Positions 41,669 to 50,588 of a stretch of DNA of 64,000 nt are shown here, piece after piece. How positions within the stretch are numbered: position 1 is the first letter of the stretch; every line of letters starts with the position of its first letter. The position numbers and the translations under genes were made by a program. A model generated the notes under the pieces. It did no database searches and was not told the DNA's origin. It saw only the letters and a list, made by a program, of their open reading frames with translations. This stretch comes from a virus (Duplodnaviria > Caudoviricetes), in the IMG/VR virus record IMGVR_UViG_3300023223_000769, positions 1,340 through 65,339 of that record; one strand, given 5' to 3'.

Positions 41669-41742
41669 GCTAGAGTAGTATAATGGCATTATGCCTGTTT
41701 TGTAATCAGGAGATGGGGGTTCGATTCCTCTCTCTAGCTCCA
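41669..41742 (+). tRNA. tRNA-Thr(TGT)
   Basis: GCTAGAG/CTCTAGC+TCCA; loop TTTGTAA. Confidence 0.85.
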
Positions 41743-41750
41743 AAATTTTT

Positions 41751-42146
41751 ATGTTTGATAGAAAAACATACATGCGGGAATACATGCGGAAATACAGCCT
41801 CATTTATTACCACGAGAAGAGAAAAGAAGCACGTATCAAACTAGGTGGAGAGTGTGTTGAATGCGGATCAAAAGATAAATTGGAGTTTGATCATATTGAT
41901 CCAGAAACAAAGTCGTTCGATATTAATACTAATGTAAGCGTAGAACGTTTTTGGAAAGAAGTAGCAAAGTGTCAATTGTTATGTAAGGGGTGTCATTTTA
42001 AGAAGACACTTAAAGAACGAGGTTTCACTTCGACTAGAGGGAAACATGGAACGCCAACCACTTATAAGAAATGTAAGTGCGAGGAATGCAGGGCAGCAAA
42101 AAGTTTAGAAATGAAGCGGTATATGGAAACGTATATTCGTCCATAG
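41751..42146 (+). CDS. HNH endonuclease (probable homing type) inside the tRNA array
   Basis: CVECG..LEFDHIDP..K...CQLLCKGCH. Confidence 0.85.
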   Translation: MFDRKTYMREYMRKYSLIYYHEKRKEARIKLGGECVECGSKDKLEFDHIDPETKSFDINTNVSVERFWKEVAKCQLLCKGCHFKKTLKERGFTSTRGKHGTPTTYKKCKCEECRAAKSLEMKRYMETYIRP

Positions 42147-42218
42147 GCTAGTAGCTTAATGGCAAAGCGTTCCCCTTATAAGGGATTGTCCATGGTTCGA
42201 TTCCATGCTGGCCTACCA
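42145..42218 (+). tRNA. tRNA-Ile(TAT)
   Basis: AGGCTAG/CTGGCCT+ACCA; TCCC-CTTATAA-GGGA. Confidence 0.85.
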
Positions 42219-42225
42219 AAAATAT

Positions 42226-42299
42226 GGGTCTGTAGTTCAATGGGAGAACGGTTGCCCTACAAGCAACATACCAGGGTTCGATTCCTTGTGGACCCACCA
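42226..42299 (+). tRNA. tRNA-Val(TAC)
   Basis: GGGTCTG/TGGACCC+ACCA; GTTGC-CCTACAA-GCAAC. Confidence 0.88.
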
Positions 42300-42533
42300 G
42301 TTGCAAAATATGTGAAGTGTTACTGATTTAGTAACGGGGGGAATTATGGATACAGTAAATAATTTTAGATATATCAAAGGAGAACGTGATATTGGGCCAT
42401 TAAATAATCACGAAATAAAAGAGTTGAACAGAGATTTTAATATTCAGATTGAAGGTTATTATGTTGTTGCAGCTTTAACAAAGAAAGAATGGGAACATTT
42501 AAAAGTAATTAGAGAGATAAAATTATTAGATTA

Positions 42534-42609
42534 GGGTCGGCATGTTCCAAGCGGGCGACTGACACTTGCAATGTCGGTGTGGTGAGTTGGATTCTCACCC
42601 GATCCACCA
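42534..42609 (+). tRNA. tRNA-Ala(TGC), atypical D and T loops
   Basis: GGGTCGG/CCGATCC+ACCA with G3:U70; TGACA-CTTGCAA-TGTCG; T-loop TTGGATT. Confidence 0.8.
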
Positions 42610-42614
42610 GTTAT

Positions 42615-42723
42615 GGGCAGGTAGTTTAATGGAAAACTCCGGGCCTGAGTAAGAAGTTTGTTGAGGGGTCTTCATGCTTTTGAAATGGACCGGCATCCCC
42701 GGCCTCAACTCCGGGTCTGCCCA
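42615..42723 (+). ncRNA. tRNA-like RNA (acceptor and D-arm, noncanonical remainder)
   Basis: GGGCAGG/TCTGCCC; TA-GTTT-AATGGA-AAAC D-arm; TTGAGG/CCTCAA domain; no anticodon arm or T-loop. Confidence 0.5.
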
Positions 42724-42732
42724 TATTAATTT

Positions 42733-42820
42733 GGAGGGATGGCTGAGAGGCTTAAGGCTCACGTTTGCTAAACGTGCGTACCCTAATAAGGTGCCGAAGG
42801 TTCGAATCCTTCTCTCTCCG
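42733..42820 (+). tRNA. tRNA-Ser(GCT)
   Basis: CACGT-TTGCTAA-ACGTG; long variable arm; G73; no encoded CCA. Confidence 0.9.
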
Positions 42821-42825
42821 CATTT

Positions 42826-42921
42826 GGAAGAGTGGCTGAGTGGGTGAAAGCGATAGTCCTGAAAACTATTGGGCGCAGTAAGCTCTGTGTTCCGTGGGTT
42901 CGAATCCCACCTCTTCCTCCA
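42826..42921 (+). tRNA. tRNA-Ser(TGA)
   Basis: GGAAGAG/CTCTTCC+TCCA; ATAGT-CCTGAAA-ACTAT; long variable arm. Confidence 0.88.
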
Positions 42922-44215
42922 ATTTGCCTGGGGGTGTCCAGTACAGAGGCTTAGACACCCCGTTTATTATGAGTGATAGAAAACGAAATATTCCGGCAGA
43001 AGATCCGGTTGACAGGCACAGAGGCCGTAAGAAAAAAACCGGCGTATGGTGCAAAGGTAAGGTAGGGACAAAACATAAAGGTGAATGGAAAATAGATCAG
43101 AGGTACACACATTTTTTGAGTATTTGGTATACGAAGCAATGTACAGTTTGTAAAAAGCATCTTGGTTACTGGATTGATGATAGCAAAAATCCTAATTGGA
43201 CAGGCTTCCCAAGGTGGCAGAAGAAACCGGCTGATCTTAATATGGAGAAAGTAAAATGAAAACACTGGCTATATGGATTTTTTACTTTTTGGTTCTAACG
43301 CCATTATGGATATATGCAGTTATGGTAGGTGTAAAATGAAATTAACTTTTAATAATGTAACCGTACTTATCGCAGATGGCATGACAGATAGTGGTGGATT
43401 TCGATATAATATTGATAAAGTTGATTTCCTTCCAACTGTGCCTGTGACCTATAATTTTAGTTCGGACATGGTTGTGGGTAGAGCGAGTCTGAGTAAAGTG
43501 GGAAATGAGATACGTGCAGATGTAACCATAAATTCGGATATGATTGCGGATTTGATGGATGCGGGGGTGCCTTTGATTCCGTGTGTTGGTGGTATTGTAG
43601 GGGATGGTACTTTTAAGAAAAATGTTGTAGAGTGTTCGATTAGCTTGAATACTATTGGTTTATCTCCTGCTAATATGGATAGAAGGATAAAGCCGTTGTC
43701 CAATGGAGAGAAAGTAAAATGAAAAACGATCCAGCACCTAGACAATGGCCTGATGGATTTGAGACTTTCCAACTTTGGTTTGGTTGGATAACGATATACC
43801 TTTTCGGAGGCATGGTTTGGAATTTTGCTTTTAGGCTATATAATCGGATGGAAAATTTACGTCCGGGTGGAGGTTTTAGTAATTATACTTTGTACCTTCA
43901 TAAAAGATTAAACAGACCAAAGTATATAATGACTATGGATGAATGTGTAATGGAAGGAATACATAGAACAGTACCATGGGAGGGGCCAGATAATTTTGGT
44001 GCATGGCGTTGCCCCGGCTGCGGAATACATGGATATTTAAAAAAGGTGAAAAAGTGATTTGTAGGGTTAGAGACTATCCCGCTTTTAATTGGGGACCGGG
44101 AATAGTTATGGGCTTCGATGGAGATAAGGACTTACCAGACAGAGTAAATCCTGCTATAATGATTTTCTTCGATAACGGAGAAACTGGTTTGTTATTTGAA
44201 AATGAAATAGAGCAT

Positions 44216-44290
44216 GTGTCGGTGATGTAACGGTAGCCTATTCGGTTGTGGCCCGAAATGAGTGTGGTTCAACTCCACCCCGACACCCCA
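44216..44290 (+). tRNA. tRNA-His(GTG)
   Basis: GTGTCGG/CCGACAC+CCCA; TTCGG-TTGTGGC-CCGAA. Confidence 0.85.
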
Positions 44291-44293
44291 AAT

Positions 44294-44368
44294 TGGACAG
44301 AGGCCGATTGGCGAGGCGGCTGACTTTGAATCAGTCTGTAATAGGTTCGATTCCTGTCTGTCCATCCA
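44294..44368 (+). tRNA. tRNA-Gln(TTG)
   Basis: TGGACAG/CTGTCCA+TCCA; GCTGA-CTTTGAA-TCAGT. Confidence 0.85.
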
Positions 44369-44371
44369 TAT

Positions 44372-44445
44372 TGGACAGTGATCTAATGGCAAGATAGTTG
44401 GCTCTGAACCAACACATATGGGTTCGATTCCTGTCTGTCCAGCCA
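44372..44445 (+). tRNA. tRNA-Gln(CTG)
   Basis: TGGACAG/CTGTCCA+GCCA; GTTGG-CTCTGAA-CCAAC. Confidence 0.88.
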
Positions 44446-44446
44446 T

Positions 44447-44521
44447 TTTGAGGTAGCTTAACGGCAAAGCACCTGTCTGTTAAACAGTAAGATGTAGGTT
44501 CGAATCCTACCCTCAGAGCCA
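44447..44521 (+). tRNA. tRNA-Asn(GTT)
   Basis: TTTGAGG/CCTCAGA+GCCA; loop CTGTTAA. Confidence 0.88.
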
Positions 44522-44598
44522 TATAGAGAAGATGGGCGCATACTAGTTTTGAGTATGCATGACACGGTATTGCGGATATGGGGGTACCGAGTCCAAAT

Positions 44599-44673
44599 AG
44601 AAGCATAGACTAACAGGAATAAGTCCCCTGACTTTCAATCAGGATGATACGGGTTCGAATCCCGTTGCTTCTA
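44599..44673 (+). tRNA. tRNA-Glu(TTC)
   Basis: AGAAGCA/TGCTTCT; CCTGA-CTTTCAA-TCAGG; no encoded CCA. Confidence 0.88.
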
Positions 44674-44674
44674 C

Positions 44675-44749
44675 GAACCTATAGACTAAGGGCTAGGTCA
44701 ACACATTCTCAGTGTGTGAGTCCCGGTTCGAATCCGGGTAGGTTCACCA
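44675..44749 (+). tRNA. tRNA-Glu(CTC)
   Basis: GAACCTA/TAGGTTC+ACCA; ACACA-TTCTCAG-TGTGT. Confidence 0.88.
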
Positions 44750-44751
44750 AC

Positions 44752-44826
44752 CGTGTATTGGTCTAATGGCCATGACACCTGCCTGTCACGTAGGAGATTC
44801 GGGTTCGATTCCCGGATACACGGCCA
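44752..44826 (+). tRNA. tRNA-Asp(GTC)
   Basis: CGTGTAT/ATACACG+GCCA; CCTGC-CTGTCAC-GTAGG. Confidence 0.88.
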
Positions 44827-44940
44827 AATTAGTTTAACGAGATCCTGTGGCACCGTTCCTGGGATGTGGACGGAAAGCGCAGGTTGCCGAGCATAGGAAG
44901 AATGGTAAGCCCATAACCTATGCTTGGCGTAAAAGTTTAA

Positions 44941-45014
44941 TGGCGAGTAGTTCAATGGTAGAACAGTTGGCCGATAACCGACAAACCAAGGTTCGATCCC
45001 TTGCTTGCCAACCA
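44941..45014 (+). tRNA. tRNA-Ile(GAT)
   Basis: TGGCGAG/CTTGCCA+ACCA; GTTGG-CCGATAA-CCGAC. Confidence 0.88.
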
Positions 45015-45019
45015 ATTGT

Positions 45020-45095
45020 GGGGAAGTGATGGAACGGTATACATGCTAGTTTTAGAAACTAGATTTTGCAGGTTCGACTCCTGTCTTCCCTACCA
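45020..45095 (+). tRNA. tRNA-Leu(TAG), short variable loop
   Basis: GGGGAAG/CTTCCCT+ACCA; CTAGT-TTTAGAA-ACTAG. Confidence 0.85.
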
Positions 45096-45101
45096 AAAAA
45101 A

Positions 45102-45239
45102 TCTGCTGCGGTGTGGTGGGGACACACTGAGGGTTCAAGTTACAACGGCCCATGAGTACCATGAACGGCGAAAGCTTAGTAGGCGAAGAGTGGGCAACGG
45201 ACGCAACGTAACAAGTTGGTTCAAATCCAACCAGCAGAT
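45102..45239 (+). ncRNA. tRNA-like RNA with a ~90 nt domain in place of the anticodon arm
   Basis: TCTGCTG/CAGCAGA acceptor; GTGT/ACAC D-stem; GTTGG-TTCAAAT-CCAAC T-arm; inner GTTAC/GTAAC and GCCCA/TGGGC stems. Confidence 0.7.
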
Positions 45240-45245
45240 TAAAAT

Positions 45246-45321
45246 AGGATAGTAGCCCAACGGCAGAGGCAATAGGCTCAAACCCTATTCAGTGTGGGTT
45301 CGAATCCCTCCTATCCTACCA
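45246..45321 (+). tRNA. tRNA-Leu(CAA), short variable loop
   Basis: AGGATAG/CTATCCT+ACCA; ATAGG-CTCAAAC-CCTAT. Confidence 0.85.
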
Positions 45322-45322
45322 T

Positions 45323-45414
45323 AGGGCAGTAGCCCAACGGCAGAGGCAACAGGCTTAAACCCTGTACAGTGTGGGTTCGAAACCCACCTGGTTTGACTCC
45401 CACCTACCCTACCA
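45323..45414 (+). tRNA. tRNA-Leu(TAA) with duplicated T-arm 3' half (possible pseudogene)
   Basis: ACAGG-CTTAAAC-CCTGT; GGTTCGAAACCCACCT followed by GGTTTGACTCCCACCT, then ACCCTACCA. Confidence 0.7.
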
Positions 45415-45421
45415 AATGTGC

Positions 45422-45498
45422 AGGGCTGTAACTCAATAGCGCAGAGTACCGGTCTTTTAAACCGGGCAATGTGGGTTCGACTCCCACCGGCCCTACCA
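45422..45498 (+). tRNA. tRNA-Lys(TTT)
   Basis: AGGGCTG/CGGCCCT+ACCA; CCGGT-CTTTTAA-ACCGG. Confidence 0.9.
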
Positions 45499-45838
45499 AA
45501 AATTGGAGGTTAACACATGGACACGGATGATATTTTCAGAGCGAAGGCACCAGAAATACGTGAGCAATTGAAGCGTGGTCTATGTTTACAATGTGGAAAA
45601 ACTGGAATTGGACCAGATCATAAACATTCAAAAGATGATGGTTGTTTCAGTTTTGTTAGTAATGGAGAATGTGGTATCCATATAAGTAACGAGAATGATC
45701 CTGACAGTTGGCAGTGTATGACTTGTTTGAATTTTTTTACTGGATCTTGTTATGTGATGGGTTATAATGAAGGGGATTCATTATGTTTTGAATGTGAACG
45801 AGCGCACTATTTAGATTGGGGATCGATTGATTAATAAT

Positions 45839-45916
45839 GGGGTAGTAGCTCAGTGGACATAGAGTAGGGGTCTTCTAAGCCCAAGGTCGTAGGTTCGAAT
45901 CCTACCTACCCCTCCA
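45839..45916 (+). tRNA. tRNA-Arg(TCT)
   Basis: GGGGTAG/CTACCCC+TCCA; loop CTTCTAA. Confidence 0.88.
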
Positions 45917-45922
45917 AATTTT

Positions 45923-45999
45923 GGGGTTGTAGCTCAGTGGAGCAGAGCAATGGCCTCCTAAGCCATAGGTCGCAGGTTCGAATCCTGCCGACCCCACCA
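45923..45999 (+). tRNA. tRNA-Arg(CCT)
   Basis: GGGGTTG/CGACCCC+ACCA; ATGGC-CTCCTAA-GCCAT. Confidence 0.9.
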
Positions 46000-46041
46000 A
46001 AATTTGTAATGAAGAGTGACCAGTTTTCATTACAGGAATAT

Positions 46042-46119
46042 GGGGCATTAGCTCAGTGGACTTAGAGCAGGGGTCTTCGAAGCCTCGTGTCGTAGGTTCG
46101 AATCCTACATGCCCCTCCA
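46042..46119 (+). tRNA. tRNA-Arg(TCG)
   Basis: GGGGCAT/ATGCCCC+TCCA; loop CTTCGAA. Confidence 0.88.
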
Positions 46120-46124
46120 AAAAT

Positions 46125-46198
46125 GGAACTTTAGTGAAATGGTATCACTCCTGGTTGAAGCCCAGGAATTGGAGGTTCAAGTCCTTCAGGTTCCACCA
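46125..46198 (+). tRNA. tRNA-Phe(GAA)
   Basis: GGAACTT/AGGTTCC+ACCA; CCTGG-TTGAAGC-CCAGG. Confidence 0.88.
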
Positions 46199-46441
46199 AA
46201 AATTATAGGAGGTTTTATGAGAAAGTGGAAAGTGTATCAAAAAGGAAATCGTTTTCGTATAGCTGAAGAGACAAATTCTCATGGTAGTTTATTTTTCTTT
46301 ACAGATGAAAACTCCACCGTATTTTGGGAGTCTAATACTAAGGAAACTGCTCTCACAAAGGCTCATATACTAAATAATCCAGTGCCTGTTGAGAGATGGA
46401 CCGTAGTGGACGATGACCGAGCTATATAGAAGAATACGAAG

Positions 46442-47317
46442 ATGGATAAATCTACAATCGTTCGTTTAATCAGTTCTCGTTTCGGAGATTACCGGGATGC
46501 CGGTGGCAACGAGATCCGTGTGTGTTGCCCATTCTGTTTATTGAGAGGAAAAACACAAGATGACAAACACAAGTTATACATCAACCCTGTCAGAAATGTT
46601 GTACACTGCTTTAGGTGCGACTACAAAAGTAGAGCTTCCGACCTCTTCCCTCAACTTGCAAGTCTTGGAGTCGAGTTTGACAAAATTGGAAGAAGATCTG
46701 AAAACGCCACTCTTGAAGCGATTCCCACCGGCTGTTATAATCTGTCCCAATTGCCTACCTCTCACCTTTGTAGAGAGTTTCTTGAAGGAAGGGGATTTAG
46801 GTTATCAGACTTTGATATGGCTGGTGGAATATTATTCTGTGAGGATTACAAAAAGGGGAATTTCTCTTTTGGCCCCCGATTACTTTTCCCGGTGTACCAA
46901 TTTGGGGCATACCGTGGCTTCCAAGCCAGAACCATTTGGAAGAATACTGATCCTAAGTATATAAATGCAAGTGGGATGGAAAAGAAAACCGTCCTGTATA
47001 ACTACGATAATGCTTTCAAACAAAATAAAGATCTATATATCGTGGAGGGTTGTTTCGATGCTTCACGCACCGGTCTTGAAAGAACAGTTGCCTCATTTGG
47101 GAAGGCGGTTTCTGACGAACAGATTAGGCTTATTGCTTTGGGCGATTTTAAGAGAGTTATCCTTTTACTGGACCCGGATGCAAAGAAAGAGGGAGAGGCT
47201 AGTGCTAGAAAACTATCAACGAATTTCAATACTTACGTTGGTCTTTTGTCTGAAAAAGACCCTGGCGAAATGACACGAGAAGAAATCGATAGAGTTGAAT
47301 TGAAAAGAGTATTTTAA
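46442..47317 (+). CDS. DNA primase (Zn finger plus TOPRIM)
   Basis: CPFC...HCFRC; RLLFP, KYIN; IVEGCFD; LLDPD; KDPGE. Confidence 0.9.
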   Translation: MDKSTIVRLISSRFGDYRDAGGNEIRVCCPFCLLRGKTQDDKHKLYINPVRNVVHCFRCDYKSRASDLFPQLASLGVEFDKIGRRSENATLEAIPTGCYNLSQLPTSHLCREFLEGRGFRLSDFDMAGGILFCEDYKKGNFSFGPRLLFPVYQFGAYRGFQARTIWKNTDPKYINASGMEKKTVLYNYDNAFKQNKDLYIVEGCFDASRTGLERTVASFGKAVSDEQIRLIALGDFKRVILLLDPDAKKEGEASARKLSTNFNTYVGLLSEKDPGEMTREEIDRVELKRVF

Positions 47318-47553
47318 CTTGCAAAGTGGAGGAACCAATGCTATGATGGTCTTAAGTGAAGGGTACGGATTTACCGTAATTTTTACAGATAAACTTGATT
47401 TAGAACACGCTATAAAACAGTTAGAGGATGAATTGAAATCGAATATAGGAGTAAAAGATCTTCCTCCCTATGTTATTTCTTTTTATACAGACAATGGTGT
47501 TACACCCGAATTCATGAAGAAACATTTAACCGATCTGAAAAAGAGATTTAAGA

Positions 47554-50100
47554 ATGCCAAATAAAAAGAACGAGCAACCACATAAAAAAGTAGAGCGAAA
47601 AAATAAAGTTTACGCTCTTGACGAAACCCCCTGTAAGTCTTGCTCCCTTTGGGAAACCTCTGCCTACAATGACATACGCCGATCACAAATCTATGGACGT
47701 GGTTCTGGCAAAATTCCTCTTGTTGTCTACTGTAACAAATTAGGTGGTTCTGAGATTTTTGACGCTCGTGTTCTCTCAGGAGAAGCCGGAAGCATCTACT
47801 CTCAAATTCTCCGAGAAGTAGGTTTGTCTGAGGATCAAATTTTTACTACGAGTGTAGTCAGGTGTAGAACCCCGGACAATAGAAATCCATTGGTAGAGGA
47901 AATGGATACCTGCATGGAGAAACATGGAGTGCAGGACTTCCCTAAAACCCCGCCTAAGGTTGTAGTTGTGATGGGCAATACTCCTCTTAAAGCAATACTC
48001 GACCTACAAAAGATTACAGACAAACGTGGCATGTTTTATGATGCTGAACTCAATGGGCATCAAGTAAAGGTCATGGTGACCTTTGATCCAGCTTCTGTTA
48101 TGTTCGATCCTTCCAAATATCAAACCATTAAAAACGATTTCTTAAAAGTTAAGGACGTACTTGAAGATACGGAACGTCCTCCCCTTCCACCAATAAAAAG
48201 GGAATACATAAACAGTAAGGGACGGTTTATGGCCTGGATGGTATATCTCCTGCAACATCCTGAACTCGATCTCTATTGTGATGTAGAAACTACTGGCCTA
48301 AGCTTTTTTAAAGATACAATCATATCAAATGCGATAGTGTTTCACATGCCTCCTACCGGGGATCTAGTGGGTCTTGCTTTCCTCACAGTACCTAGAGAGG
48401 GTTGGTGGTATGCAGATCTTAAAGACCCTGAGATTAAAGATGCATTAACAAAAGTTTTTGTCTCACATAAACTTGAATGGCACGGTGGAAACTTTGACTG
48501 CAAGATGTATTGGAAGCATGGTTATCAAGTAACCGATGATTTTGATACCATCGATGCCCATGTATTATTCCACGAGAAACCACCCCATAAGCTTGAAGTT
48601 CTCGTTACAAATTATCTTGATGATGTTGGAGGTTATAAGAAGGCCTTCCGGGAAACCTTAGAACAAGGTGGCTCGTATGCCAGTGCAGAGCCTCATTCAC
48701 TTTTAGAATACAACATGGATGATTGTTATTATGGAAAGATACTTCGTGATAAATTTGAAGTGACGCTTAAAAAGACAAACATGTTGCCGTTCTTTCACAA
48801 TCATCAAATGCGTACAAAAGATTCTTTTACTAAAATATCTTATCGAGGATTCATGGTAGATAGGGAGAGGGTAACTAAGCTATCCAAAAAATATAGAGCG
48901 AAGATTCAGACGGTACAAGAGAAGATGTTTACTAAAGCAGAACGAAGATTCGATTGGAAAAAGGCCGATGAACTCGCCGCCTTCCTCTATAAAGATTTAA
49001 AGTTAGAAATTATAAATCGTACAGCTAAAACTCAATCGCCTTCTACAGATAAGAAAACTCTTGAAACTTTATATGACCAGACAGAGAATCCAGCAATTAA
49101 AGATATTCTCGATATGAAGCATTGGGGCAAGCTACTACGAGATTATCTAGATGGTGATGATGGAGTAACTGACGAAAAAGATAAAAAACAAGAAACCGGT
49201 ATTATCAGGTGGTTAGATGAGAATGATCGAGTACACTGTAACCTAATGACTCACGGTACCTTGAGTGGTCGGCCAGCAGGTCGAGATCCTGCTTTGTTAA
49301 CCATCGTACAAGATGCAGAGATTCGATCTTGCTACATGGCTCCTCCCGGTTGGAGTCTTATCGATCTTGACTACACTCAAGCAGAGTTGGTTATACTTGC
49401 ATACTTAGCGCAGTGTAAGGCCATGATAAAGGCGGTGAATACAGGGGATCTTCACGCCGAGGTTGCAATAGGGTTTATGGCGAAAGCCACGGTCCATGGG
49501 GATATGCGAACAAGCGCAAAGAAGACTAATTTTCATAAAGTGTATGGCGGTGGACCTTTCTCTTTAGCAAAGATGCTAGGTCTTGAGGTAGAAGAAGTCG
49601 AAGAATGGTTTCGCATGTGGGATGAAATGTTTCCGATGGTTCCTATTTGGAGTAGGGACCAACGAATGAAATGGAGACAAGATAATATTATTGAGGGCAT
49701 CTACGGTAGGTTACTTCATTTCCCACCGGCTGTAACAAGAAAGATTGAATCTTATTTTGATCGGTTATGTGTAAACTGGCAGTGTCAAAATGGCGTGGCT
49801 GATACAACAAATCGGGCCGTGTATACTATTGATGAATACCTCGAAAGAATCTACGGTTGGGATATCAGAAATATATACGAAGTACCTGGTATCGTTTTAA
49901 CTATGTATGACAGCATCATGATCGAGGCCCCCAATGAGTTAGTACCTTCTATAAAAAAGCTTGCTGAGAATGTGATGCACCGGCCTGTTCCCAAATTGAA
50001 TTGTGTACTTCGAAATGATTGTGATATAAGCCAACGATGGTACGAGAACAAGGCCAAGAAAAAGATTGAAGAGAATATTCCAGAGGAGGAAAGAGTATGA
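47554..50100 (+). CDS. family A DNA polymerase with N-terminal UDG family-4-like domain and 3'-5' exonuclease
   Basis: CKSC...VVRCRTPDNRNP..E...C (UDG4-like); DVETTGL, NFD, YNMDD (exonuclease); TLSGR, DYTQAEL, R..AK.TNF..VYG, MYDS. Confidence 0.92.
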   Translation: MPNKKNEQPHKKVERKNKVYALDETPCKSCSLWETSAYNDIRRSQIYGRGSGKIPLVVYCNKLGGSEIFDARVLSGEAGSIYSQILREVGLSEDQIFTTSVVRCRTPDNRNPLVEEMDTCMEKHGVQDFPKTPPKVVVVMGNTPLKAILDLQKITDKRGMFYDAELNGHQVKVMVTFDPASVMFDPSKYQTIKNDFLKVKDVLEDTERPPLPPIKREYINSKGRFMAWMVYLLQHPELDLYCDVETTGLSFFKDTIISNAIVFHMPPTGDLVGLAFLTVPREGWWYADLKDPEIKDALTKVFVSHKLEWHGGNFDCKMYWKHGYQVTDDFDTIDAHVLFHEKPPHKLEVLVTNYLDDVGGYKKAFRETLEQGGSYASAEPHSLLEYNMDDCYYGKILRDKFEVTLKKTNMLPFFHNHQMRTKDSFTKISYRGFMVDRERVTKLSKKYRAKIQTVQEKMFTKAERRFDWKKADELAAFLYKDLKLEIINRTAKTQSPSTDKKTLETLYDQTENPAIKDILDMKHWGKLLRDYLDGDDGVTDEKDKKQETGIIRWLDENDRVHCNLMTHGTLSGRPAGRDPALLTIVQDAEIRSCYMAPPGWSLIDLDYTQAELVILAYLAQCKAMIKAVNTGDLHAEVAIGFMAKATVHGDMRTSAKKTNFHKVYGGGPFSLAKMLGLEVEEVEEWFRMWDEMFPMVPIWSRDQRMKWRQDNIIEGIYGRLLHFPPAVTRKIESYFDRLCVNWQCQNGVADTTNRAVYTIDEYLERIYGWDIRNIYEVPGIVLTMYDSIMIEAPNELVPSIKKLAENVMHRPVPKLNCVLRNDCDISQRWYENKAKKKIEENIPEEERV

Positions 50101-50588
50101 AGATTGCATTTATGGGTTTTGATACTGAGGAAAAAAGAAAAGTAGTTCTAGAATTGTTACCCACCTTTCAGGATGAAATGGGTTTAAAGGTTTATTTGGA
50201 TGAACGAATCGATGTACAGTACGGTAATCTAGGAGAACACTTTAAAGAACCTAAAGCTAGAAAGAAAGTTCAAAGATGGCTCGATTATTGGTTTGTCTTT
50301 ACACATTATTTTAAAAAGAACTTTGTTTCTTCCGCTTCAATCTACGATGCATGGGCTACGGCTCGTGTATCTGTATCTCCATGGTATCATGAGATGCTGT
50401 TTGCGTGGGCTTTCAAACGCATATGGTATGACTATTTATTCTATATCTATCCTGCGGGACCGGTTGATCCAGCACGAGAACGTGAACTAAACGCAGTTGT
50501 AACATATTCTCGTGTACCGTTTCATATACTGTCCGGGTCAACAAAGGATAAGATCGATCAAGTTAAAGTTACGATGGGGAGGATCTAA
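50097..50588 (+). CDS. degenerate nucleotide-kinase-like (AAA_28-type) protein
   Basis: MKIAFMG start and YDYLFYI, but no intact GKT/S. Confidence 0.4.
   Translation: MKIAFMGFDTEEKRKVVLELLPTFQDEMGLKVYLDERIDVQYGNLGEHFKEPKARKKVQRWLDYWFVFTHYFKKNFVSSASIYDAWATARVSVSPWYHEMLFAWAFKRIWYDYLFYIYPAGPVDPARERELNAVVTYSRVPFHILSGSTKDKIDQVKVTMGRI

Noticed and set aside
43240-43725. Repeated GAGAAAGTAAAATGAAAA at two gene junctions
   Set aside because: Explained as a reused RBS/stop/start module
41164-45252. ORFs 41164..41577, 44847..45029 and 45001..45252
   Set aside because: They overlap tRNA and structured RNA genes and are spurious translations
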